From Geobacter metallireducens GS-15 (GTDB taxonomy: Bacteria; Desulfobacterota; Desulfuromonadia; Geobacterales; Geobacteraceae), in the NCBI RefSeq assembly GCF_000012925.1, contig NC_007517.1, positions 3,930,001 to 3,962,000 on the forward strand: DNA of 32,000 nt, in the 5' to 3' direction. The position numbers were made by a program, and so were the translations under genes. Below are positions 1 through 6,398 of this stretch, in pieces. The notes under the pieces are model-generated. The model had not been told where the DNA came from and did no database searches. It was given only the letters and a program-made list of their open reading frames with translations. How positions within the stretch are numbered: the stretch's first letter is position 1; the number at the start of each line of letters is the position of its first letter.

Positions 1-77
1 GTCTCGTTTTTGGCACAACCTGCCACCGCAAGGATTCCGATGCTTAACATTGTGACACGACACAACATTTTTCTCAT
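1..77 (-). CDS. lipoprotein, N-terminal fragment (gene runs off the left edge)
   Basis: The reverse complement of 1-77 reads MRKMLCRVTMLSIGILAVAGCAKNE, a signal peptide ending in a lipobox (VAGC). AGGAGA lies 9 nt upstream of the ATG (75-77). The fragment is too short to appear in the ORF track. Confidence 0.4.
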   Translation of the reverse strand, partial: MRKMLCRVTMLSIGILAVAGCAKNE

Positions 78-106
78 GGCGATACTTCTCCTGGTAAAAA
101 TGGAAG

Positions 107-272
107 CTGATTGGCATCAAATTTTCCGCTTCGGCGATTACATCATCCCCTCTCCCTGAGGGAGAGGGCCAGGGTGAGGGGGGAGTGGCGATATCGTGTC
201 GCTCCCCTCATCCGGCCTTCGGCCACCTTCTTCCCTAGAGAGAAGGTTTTAGCAGAGATCAGTGCCAATCAG
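107..272. mobile_element. MITE-like non-autonomous element (about 166 bp)
   Basis: The 10-bp terminal inverted repeats CTGATTGGCA (107-116) and TGCCAATCAG (263-272) are perfect reverse complements. They are flanked by the 9-bp direct repeat AAAATGGAA (97-105 and 273-281), with one extra G at 106. There is no ORF inside, and the interior carries the structured repeat also found at 9459-9560. Confidence 0.5.
148..247. repeat. structured REP-like intergenic repeat, copy 1
   Basis: The 5' module ccctctccctNNgggagagggcNagggtgaggggg matches copy 2 at 32 of 35 positions. In the 3' module, cccctcatccggccttcggccaccttct is identical over 28 nt, followed by a ccttct...agaagg hairpin. Internal hairpins are CCCTCTCCC/GGGAGAGGG and GGCC-TTC-GGCC. 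Confidence 0.8.
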
Positions 273-340
273 AAAATGGAATGAATGGTGATTACGTCCG
301 GAACATGCCTGACGTCAACGAACAGAGAGAACAAAATGTA

Positions 341-676
341 TCAGGCGTACGCTAGGGGAGGTGCTCTGGCGGAAATGAAGCAGAGTACGGAAGAAACAAT
401 CTTGTGGGGTTCGAAATGGACGGCTGAAACCCGTGGCGCTGATACATTGAAGAACTCGGCTCGATGGCAGAGTTCAACCGCCTGACCGTGTTTTTCAATA
501 CCTGCCTGTGTCGTTTTTACCTGAGTTTCAATTACGGCACGGGGCCGTGACGTGGGTTTCTGGGGTCTTGCTATGTTCGGAGTTCTCGTCCCCAGAAACA
601 CGAGGACAAGGGAAACGGTCACTATGACCGGCCACAGAACCCTTTTATCTGCAAGAGAAACCCTCCACTCTTTCAT
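341..676 (-). CDS. hypothetical membrane-anchored protein (weak call)
   Basis: 111-aa ORF with one N-terminal hydrophobic segment (VLWPVIVTVSLVLVFLG). There is no convincing SD, GC is lower than in neighbouring genes, and I recognise no motif. Confidence 0.2.
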   Translation of the reverse strand: MKEWRVSLADKRVLWPVIVTVSLVLVFLGTRTPNIARPQKPTSRPRAVIETQVKTTQAGIEKHGQAVELCHRAEFFNVSAPRVSAVHFEPHKIVSSVLCFISARAPPLAYA

Positions 677-751
677 GAGAACACTATCTATACCGAATAG
701 AGGAGCATTGCAAGGAATTCTCTGAAAACCTGAAGGCTATCAGCAGGCAAG

Positions 752-793
752 CAAAAAGGCCGTCTCCCTCTCATAGGGGACGGCCTTTTTGCT
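752..793. terminator. bidirectional rho-independent terminator
   Basis: AAAAA-GGCCGTCTCC-ctctcata-GGGGACGGCC-TTTTT. The stem is flanked by an A-run and a T-run. It lies downstream of the minus-strand small-protein genes. Confidence 0.75.
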
Positions 794-861
794 TGCGGCT
801 CCATTAATTCTCCCGTGCCGGGCACCCGATCATCTTGAGGCCGCAGTGGTTGCCGTGCGTT

Positions 862-1095
862 CTAGCGGCTCTTCACCTCAGCTTTTTCGCCGAAGCTCTC
901 CTTAACCCCTTTGGCCATGCCGAGCATGGTGAGAACCGCCGGGACCATCTGGGCCACGATGATCAGGGCGCAGAACCCGAGGAAAATCCACACGAACACG
1001 CCGCTGTTGTCTTCCCGTGCTCCCGATGCCGCCAGGGCCGACGTTACGCTCCCCATTACCAGTGCCAGTGTGCCGGCTGCAGTTCTCGCTCTCAT
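862..1095 (-). CDS. small secreted/one-TM membrane peptide, paralog A (77 aa)
   Basis: MRARTAAGTLALVMGSVTSALAASGAREDNSGVFVWIFLGFCALIIVAQMVPAVLTMLGMAKGVKESF... SD AAGGAGA lies 5 nt upstream of the ATG at 1095. It shares its architecture with the ORF at 1158-1376. Confidence 0.6.
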   Translation of the reverse strand: MRARTAAGTLALVMGSVTSALAASGAREDNSGVFVWIFLGFCALIIVAQMVPAVLTMLGMAKGVKESFGEKAEVKSR

Positions 1096-1157
1096 GGCCG
1101 TCTCCTTTCTCATCGTATTCGTATTGTGCCGGTCTCTGACCGGGTTGTTTCCGAAAC

Positions 1158-1376
1158 CTAGCGGGCACCTTCCTCTTCCTTGCCCGAGAAGAGCCCCTTT
1201 ACCATGGAGCCGAGCAGGACGATTGCCGGGATGGTCTGGAAGGCGATGACGGCGGCGCCCAGGGTCAGGAACAACGGGGCGAGGAATCCCCCTTCGTCGG
1301 CGGCTGCGCCGCTGGCGGCAAGGGCTGAAGAAGCGGTGACTATCGTAACGATCAGGGCGTTGGCTATGGCTTTCAT
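1158..1376 (-). CDS. small secreted/one-TM membrane peptide, paralog B (72 aa)
   Basis: MKAIANALIVTIVTASSALAASGAAADEGGFLAPLFLTLGAAVIAFQTIPAIVLLGSMVKGLFSGKEEEGAR. SD AAGGAGGA lies 4 nt upstream of the ATG. Both paralogs have a signal-like N-terminus ending ALAASGA, an acidic patch, one TM segment and a KG..(F)..K/E-rich tail. Confidence 0.65.
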   Translation of the reverse strand: MKAIANALIVTIVTASSALAASGAAADEGGFLAPLFLTLGAAVIAFQTIPAIVLLGSMVKGLFSGKEEEGAR

Positions 1377-1426
1377 GACATCCTCCTTGTTTTCCGGTGC
1401 TAACTGATTGCTTTTGTCTTTTACAT

Positions 1427-1442
1427 AGCATCGGGCATGCCA
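1427..1442 (-). promoter_or_regulatory. candidate sigma-54 (-24/-12) promoter for the small-peptide pair
   Basis: The minus strand reads TGGCATGCCCGATGCT against the consensus TGGCAC-N5-TTGCW, with correct GG/GC spacing and two mismatches. It sits about 50 nt upstream of the ATG at 1376, and an AT-rich tract lies further upstream (1440-1500). Confidence 0.45.
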
Positions 1443-1680
1443 GGAGTATGAAAATTTATTATTATTTTATAACATATTGAAATTACTGAATGATTATTCG
1501 AAGCATCCGGCAACGGAGATACGGCGGGGGAGGAAATCGTATAGGGGGGGCATACATGCTGGGAAGGGAAATCTCTCCTTCCCTGAAACACATCAGTGTA
1601 ACAGCTTGATATTACTCATCACTAAACCTCGTATCGGGTGCATATAAAAATAATGCGTCTTAAGAAAAAATTCTAACTCC

Positions 1681-2742
1681 TCACCCATGGCGCGAGGCGA
1701 CGGCCGAAAGGTCGGCCGCCAGGAGATCCACGTCCGCCTCGGTGGTCTCCCAGGAGCACATGAAACGGGCCCCGCCGGAGCCGATGAAGGAATAGAAGTG
1801 CCACCCCCGCTCCTGGAGGGCGGCGGCCACCTCAGGGGAGAAGTCGGCGAAGACCGAATTGGCCTGGCGGGGGAAACGGATTCCCACGCCGGGAATCTCC
1901 CGCAGGCGGGCCTCCAGCCTGGCGGCGCAGGCGTTGGCGTTGGCCGCGCGGGTGAGCCAGGCGCCGCTTTCCAGCATGCCGACCCAGGGGGCGGCCAGGA
2001 AGCGCATCTTGGAGGCGAGCTGCCCCGCCTGCTTGCAGCGGTAGTCGAATTCGGAAGCCAGGTCCCGGTTGAAGAAGATGATCGCCTCCCCCACCGCCAT
2101 GCCGTTTTTGGTACCGCCGAAGCAGAGGACATCCACCCCCGCTTTCCAGGTGAGTTCGGCGGGGGCCGCGCCGAGAGTGGCAACGGCGTTGGCGAAGCGG
2201 GCCCCGTCCATGTGGAGCTTCAGATCGAGGCGCCGGGCCAGCTCCCCCACGGCCTGAAGCTCCTCCACCGAATAGAGGGTGCCGAGCTCCGTGGCCTGGG
2301 TGATGCTCAGGGCCTTGGGCTTGGGATAGTGGATGTCGGTGCGGCGCTTCACCGTGTGCTCCACGGCCTCCAGGTCCACCTTGCCGTGCCCGCCGGAGAC
2401 GAGGAGGATCTTGGTCCCGTTGGAGAAGAATTCGGAGGCTCCGCACTCGTCGGTCTCCACATGGGAGGTCTCGTGGCAGATGATGCTGTTGTAGGAGTGA
2501 CAGAGGGATGCCAGGGCCAGGGAGTTGGCGGCGGTGCCGTTGAAGACGAAAAAGACCTCGCAGTCGGTCTCGAAGAGGTCCCGCAGGAGCCGGCACGCCT
2601 TCTCCGTCCAGGGGTCGTCGCCGTAGGAGCAGGCGTACCCCCTGTTGGCGGCCTCCATGGCCTGCAAGGCCTCGGGACAGATCCCGGCGTAGTTGTCGCT
2701 GGCGAACTGGTATTTTTTGACCGTATCGACTCCATCTGTCAT
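1681..2742 (-). CDS. ltaE: low-specificity L-threonine aldolase (PLP-dependent)
   Basis: MTDGVDTVKKYQFASDNYAGICPEALQAM..., NGTAANSLAL, and the PLP-lysine context FGGTKNG. The start was chosen at Met35 of the ORF, with GGAGAG 5 nt upstream. Confidence 0.85.
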   Translation of the reverse strand: MTDGVDTVKKYQFASDNYAGICPEALQAMEAANRGYACSYGDDPWTEKACRLLRDLFETDCEVFFVFNGTAANSLALASLCHSYNSIICHETSHVETDECGASEFFSNGTKILLVSGGHGKVDLEAVEHTVKRRTDIHYPKPKALSITQATELGTLYSVEELQAVGELARRLDLKLHMDGARFANAVATLGAAPAELTWKAGVDVLCFGGTKNGMAVGEAIIFFNRDLASEFDYRCKQAGQLASKMRFLAAPWVGMLESGAWLTRAANANACAARLEARLREIPGVGIRFPRQANSVFADFSPEVAAALQERGWHFYSFIGSGGARFMCSWETTEADVDLLAADLSAVASRHG

Positions 2743-2875
2743 CGGCACTCTCCATAGAACCGCGCGGACGCGGGCACTTTTCGGGAGAGAGTATACGGGC
2801 GCGGGAAAATAGTAAACCTGAATCCGTCGCGGATCCACGGTCAAGAGCGGACAAAACGGTCGCTGGCCCGCCGCC

Positions 2876-2903
2876 TTGCACGGGTCGATTTGTGTGCTAC
2901 ACT
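2876..2903 (+). promoter_or_regulatory. candidate sigma-70 promoter upstream of the radical SAM gene
   Basis: TTGCAC (2876-2881), a 16-nt spacer, then TACACT (2898-2903) preceded by a TGc extended -10. It lies 72 nt upstream of the ATG at 2975. Confidence 0.3.
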
Positions 2904-2974
2904 CTCAGCTACTCCGGCAGAAACAGCCGCCCGGTTTTGCGTTCGAGGCGGGAACGCCGGGGAGGTAGCGGCCC

Positions 2975-5008
2975 ATGAACATTTCCCTGGTCTTCCCCCC
3001 CTTTCATCTCCAGTCCCTCTACAATCTCCCCCCCCTGGGACTCATCAGCCTCGCCACGGTGCTGGGTGAGGCGGGGCACCGTGCGGTCATCCGCGACCTG
3101 GTGCTGGCCCTGCGGCAGGGAAGCCTCGGCATGGGAAAGGAGCTGTACGGGGAGGCGGCACGGATGATCCTCCGGGACGATCCGGACTTGGTCGGCTTTT
3201 CCGCCCAATGCACCACCTTCCCGGCAGTCGTCCGGATCGCCCGGCTCCTCAAGGAACAAAAGCCCGACCTGCGCATCGTGGCGGGTGGGCACAACGTCTC
3301 CTTCCTCGACGTCCCCACCCTTGAGCGCTTCCCCTGGATTGACGCCGTGGTCCGGGGCGAGGGAGAGGTGACGTTCCGGGAACTGGCAGCCTCCTTTGCA
3401 GTCGGCAATGATCCTGCGGAGGTAGCGGGAGTTACCTGGCGCCGGGGCACGGAGATCGTCCGCAATCCCGACCGGGAGTTGATTGCCGACCTCGACACCC
3501 TTCCCCTCCCCGACTACACCCTCGTCCCCCCCCTGGCCAGCTACCGCGACGCCTGCGGCATCCCCCGGAGCATCGCCATCCTCGAAGTGGGGCGAGGCTG
3601 CCCCCACCGGTGCGTCTACTGCTCAGAGTCGGTCATGTGGCGGCGACGGACCCGGACCTTCTCCATTCCCCGGCTGATCCGCGAGATGGAGGAACTCCAC
3701 GGCCGCTTCGGCGCCGAGTGCCTCGTCCTCGCCTACGACCAGTTCACGGCGGACCGGCGCTTCGTGGAGGAGTTCTGCAACCGGGTCATCGATGCCCGGC
3801 TGAACCGCGTCCCCTGGTACTGCATCTCCCGGCTCGATTCCCTCGACAGGCCGCTCCTCGACCTCATGCGCGAAGCGGGGTGCGAGTCCATGTGCTACGG
3901 GATCGACTCCGGCTCCCGCAGGACCCTGGCGTTCATCGGCAAGGAGATCGACGAGGGGATCCTCTACCAGCGGGTGCGGGAGACCACCGAGGCGGGGATG
4001 GTTCCCACCCTGAGCTTTGTTATCGGCTTTCCCGAGGAGGAGCGCGAGGATATCGACCAAACCCTCTTCCTCGCCCTGAAGGCGGGAGTCCAGGGGAACA
4101 GCGCTCCCCTCGTCCAGCTCCCGACGGTCCTGGCGGGGACCGAGCTCCACCGGCGCTATACCGGCCGCCTTGTCAGGGAGGTGGACACCTACTTCTCCCT
4201 CGGCCTCGAATTCGACCATGGCCGCCGCCTGGCCGACGACGAGCGTCTCATCGATGCCGACCCCTTCCTTTTCAGTTCCTTCTACAACCTCCCCTGCGCC
4301 GGGGTTCCCCTGGCGGAGCTGGACCGGATCGCCCGGTGGTTTCCCCTCATCCTCAACGGCTACCCCAAGTCGTTCATCCTCCTCTCCCTGGCCCTCGGCC
4401 GGCCTCCCAGCAACCTCTTCCGGGAAATCCTCTCCCGGCTGGAGGAGGACGGGTGGCGCGAGGATGACCCGACGGCCGAAACCGCTTTCCTGGAGCGCTT
4501 TCCCTGCCATGCCGAAGGGCTCATGGCCGGAAGCGCCTCGTGGCCCCACTTCGCCGAAATCCTCACCTACGAGACCCTGGCGCTACGGGCGACCCATCGC
4601 GGTCCGCCCCGCGCGGACGGGGCCGGACCGCTCAAGGGCGACCCCGCTGGGGAGTGCCGGCCGGTGCTCCGGGAAGAAGTCACAGTGTCCGAATTCCGCC
4701 GGAACCTGCCGGCGATCATCGCCGACCTGAAGAGCGGCATCTTCAGGGAGTCCTACCCCCCGGAGCCGACGCTCCTCATCTTCTATCCCTCGGGGGAGAG
4801 GCTTGAGGTGATGGAGATCAACCGGTTCGGCAAGGATTTTCTCCTCCTCTGCAACGGCTTGGCCACCTGCGAGGAGATCGCGGCGACGCTGTACGGAGAG
4901 TACGGCGACGCCATGGATTCCGGCGCGTTCAGCGAAGAGTGCAAGGACGCCCTTACCGTGTTCACGGGGATGGGACTCGTCCGCGACGGTGCGGCACCCG
5001 CCCCTTGA
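2975..5008 (+). CDS. B12-binding-domain radical SAM protein with C-terminal PqqD/RRE-like domain (putative RiPP maturase)
   Basis: The N-terminal 140 aa or so look like a cobalamin-binding Rossmann module (LGLISLATVLGEAGH, DLVGFSAQCTT, IVAGGHNVSF). The radical SAM cluster motif is CPHRCVYC (Cys209/213/216, nt 3599-3622). No later Cys-rich SPASM/twitch block is present. Residues about 597-669 (nt 4763-4981; LLIFYPSGERLEVMEINRFGKDFLLLCNGLATCEEIAATLYGEYG...LTVFTGMGLV) fit the PqqD-family peptide-recognition pattern. Confidence 0.85.
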   Translation: MNISLVFPPFHLQSLYNLPPLGLISLATVLGEAGHRAVIRDLVLALRQGSLGMGKELYGEAARMILRDDPDLVGFSAQCTTFPAVVRIARLLKEQKPDLRIVAGGHNVSFLDVPTLERFPWIDAVVRGEGEVTFRELAASFAVGNDPAEVAGVTWRRGTEIVRNPDRELIADLDTLPLPDYTLVPPLASYRDACGIPRSIAILEVGRGCPHRCVYCSESVMWRRRTRTFSIPRLIREMEELHGRFGAECLVLAYDQFTADRRFVEEFCNRVIDARLNRVPWYCISRLDSLDRPLLDLMREAGCESMCYGIDSGSRRTLAFIGKEIDEGILYQRVRETTEAGMVPTLSFVIGFPEEEREDIDQTLFLALKAGVQGNSAPLVQLPTVLAGTELHRRYTGRLVREVDTYFSLGLEFDHGRRLADDERLIDADPFLFSSFYNLPCAGVPLAELDRIARWFPLILNGYPKSFILLSLALGRPPSNLFREILSRLEEDGWREDDPTAETAFLERFPCHAEGLMAGSASWPHFAEILTYETLALRATHRGPPRADGAGPLKGDPAGECRPVLREEVTVSEFRRNLPAIIADLKSGIFRESYPPEPTLLIFYPSGERLEVMEINRFGKDFLLLCNGLATCEEIAATLYGEYGDAMDSGAFSEECKDALTVFTGMGLVRDGAAPAP

Positions 5009-5045
5009 CACGCTCTTCTCATCCCACGGAAAGGAGGTGATTCCC

Positions 5046-5171
5046 GTGTTGAAGATCAGGACGATCGAATCAAAAGCCATGTCGACGGCTGCCTGTCACG
5101 GTCCGGCGTGCCATTCGCCGGCTTGCCACTCACCCGCATGTCATGCACCTGCGTGCCATGCCCCGGCATAG
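5046..5171 (+). CDS. putative RiPP precursor peptide, 41 aa, five tandem A-C-H-x-P repeats
   Basis: A GTG at 5046 lies 8 nt after AAGGAGG (5031-5037) and 37 nt after the rSAM stop. The product is (M)LKIRTIESKAMSTA-ACHGP-ACHSP-ACHSP-ACHAP-ACHAP-A. Alternative in-frame starts are TTG 5049 and ATG 5079. The 4989 start in the track would overlap the rSAM gene and has no SD. Confidence 0.7.
   Translation: MLKIRTIESKAMSTAACHGPACHSPACHSPACHAPACHAPA
5091..5165 (+). repeat. five 15-nt coding repeats (A-C-H-x-P units)
   Basis: gcc tgt cac ggt ccg / gcg tgc cat tcg ccg / gct tgc cac tca ccc / gca tgt cat gca cct / gcg tgc cat gcc ccg. The period is exact and the peptide motif is conserved, but codon choice differs in nearly every unit. 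Confidence 0.95.
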
Positions 5172-5193
5172 GAAATGATCGCTGAAGTTTTCC

Positions 5194-5229
5194 GAGCGGG
5201 TTGACGCCATGGTCTGCCCGCTCTTTTTC
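5194..5229 (+). terminator. hairpin plus T-run after the precursor ORF (possible partial terminator)
   Basis: GAGCGGG (5194-5200) pairs with CCCGCTC (5217-5223), with an inner GAC/GTC pairing, followed by TTTTT (5224-5228). A second perfect hairpin GTTCCGC-TGCT-GCGGAAC lies at 5230-5247, just before the SD of the next gene. Confidence 0.45.
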
Positions 5230-5262
5230 GTTCCGCTGCTGCGGAACCGATGAGGAGCGATT

Positions 5263-6246
5263 GTGTCGCTGCATCCCGCGGACTTCATTGAAAAACCGCC
5301 GCGCTTCCCGGTCGTCGACGGCCACGTGGACCTCGTCTACGACCTGATGCGCCGTCACCCCGGAATCCCCTTCGAGCAGGTGGCAGACGGGCAGGTAACC
5401 GCCCAATCACTAAAGAAGGGAGGAGTGTGGGTGCTGGTGGCTGCCCTCTACTGCGCCGACAGCCACAACGGTCCCGCGAGCGCCGCGCGGGAGATGCGGC
5501 GGCTCCACGACTACGCCTGCCGATACCTGGAATGGTTCGCGCTACTCCGGAGTCCCGGGGAGATGGCGGCCGCCCTCGGAGGAAGCGGCCCCCCCGGCAT
5601 CGTCTTTCTCGTCGAAAATGCCGACGCCCTGCTGGAGCTGGACCTGGACGAGGTACGGCGTTGGGGAGTGAGGGCCGTGGGGCTGACCCATGCCGGCAGA
5701 AACCGGCTGGCCGACGGCAACGGCGTTACCGACCCGAAGGGGCTGACCGCTGCGGGGAAAAGTCTGGTGAGGAGCATCGCCGGCGCTGGCCTCATCCTCG
5801 ACGTGGCTCACCTGGCCGAGCCTGGTTTCCGGGAGGTGGCTTCCCTCGTCACTGGCCCCCTCATCTCCTCCCACACGGGGCTTCGCTCCTTCTGCGACCG
5901 CCCCCGCAACCTCTCCGATCCCCAGGTGGCCGAGATTGCCCGCCGGGGAGGGGTGGTGGGAATTTCCGCCGCTCCCGAGATGCTTGTTCCCGGAGGAACG
6001 GCGACCCTCGACGACCTCTTCCGCCAGGTCGATCACGTGGTTCAGCGGCATGGACCGGAGGCGGTCGGCATCGGGAGCGATTTCGGCGGGTTCGACGACA
6101 CGGCAAAGGGAGCGGAGGACCACGGCGGACTTCCCCTCCTGGCGGAGCGCCTCCTGGGGGCGGGCTATCCCGCCGGGGCAGTGGGGCTCATCATGGGGGG
6201 AAACTGGTGCCGGATCTACGGGGGAATTCCCGGCGGACCGGCATGA
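5263..6246 (+). CDS. membrane-dipeptidase family (peptidase M19) zinc hydrolase
   Basis: GTG start with GAGGAG 4 nt upstream. Family hallmarks are VDGHVDLVYDL, VENADAL, VRAVGLTHAGRNRLADG, LILDVAHLAE, PLISSHTG...RPRNLSD and IGSDFGG. Confidence 0.8.
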   Translation: MSLHPADFIEKPPRFPVVDGHVDLVYDLMRRHPGIPFEQVADGQVTAQSLKKGGVWVLVAALYCADSHNGPASAAREMRRLHDYACRYLEWFALLRSPGEMAAALGGSGPPGIVFLVENADALLELDLDEVRRWGVRAVGLTHAGRNRLADGNGVTDPKGLTAAGKSLVRSIAGAGLILDVAHLAEPGFREVASLVTGPLISSHTGLRSFCDRPRNLSDPQVAEIARRGGVVGISAAPEMLVPGGTATLDDLFRQVDHVVQRHGPEAVGIGSDFGGFDDTAKGAEDHGGLPLLAERLLGAGYPAGAVGLIMGGNWCRIYGGIPGGPA

Positions 6247-6322
6247 GAGTCGCTGTTTTTATCTTTTCGGATGCCTAACAGACTGCCGGACAAGAGCTTT
6301 TTGCCCTGGAGCCGATTGTTCA

Positions 6323-6352
6323 TTGACACGCCCGACATCCCACAATTATGAT
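6323..6352 (+). promoter_or_regulatory. sigma-70-type promoter of the metal-efflux operon
   Basis: TTGACA (6323-6328), an 18-nt spacer, then TATGAT (6347-6352); alternatively N17 and TTATGA. A perfect 10-bp palindrome TTTCATGAAA at 6363-6372 lies just downstream and could be an operator. Confidence 0.5.
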
Positions 6353-6398
6353 ATTCCTCACTTTCATGAAAGCCTGGCAATTGCGTACGGGACCAGCC

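Noticed and set aside
1-20. TGGCACAACCTGCC near the left edge as a sigma-54 promoter.
   Set aside because: The spacing between the GG and GC dinucleotides is two nucleotides short of the -24/-12 consensus, and the sequence lies inside the lipoprotein coding fragment.
285-485. A 66-aa plus-strand ORF next to the MITE-like element.
   Set aside because: It has no SD, overlaps the equally weak minus-strand ORF at 341-676, and has no protein-like features. The whole 285-750 region may be non-coding.
1687-2757. Long ORFs antisense to or overlapping real genes. Examples: 1687-2757(+), 1832-2881(-), 3610-4467(+), 3623-4549(-), 5427-6278(+), 9568-10857(-), 11481-12662(+), 14529-15983(-), 16866-17981(+), 25491-26210(+).
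   Set aside because: They are typical high-GC shadow frames. Their translations are Arg/Pro/Gly/Ala-rich and low in complexity, they lack SD sequences, and each overlaps a frame with clear family motifs.
4989-5045. The longer 60-aa version of the precursor ORF, starting at GTG 4989.
   Set aside because: That start lies inside the 3' end of the rSAM gene and has no SD. GTG 5046 sits 8 nt after AAGGAGG.
5091-5165. The repeat peptide contains four overlapping C-x4-C-H motifs (CHSPACH), a rare variant c-type heme attachment motif. The 15-nt periodic repeat could also be mistaken for a CRISPR- or VNTR-like array.
   Set aside because: The peptide has no Sec or Tat signal, so it would not reach the periplasmic heme-attachment machinery. 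The adjacent rSAM with an RRE explains it better. The units are contiguous with no spacers and are in frame with a good start, so this is not a CRISPR array. A heme or metal link cannot be fully excluded.
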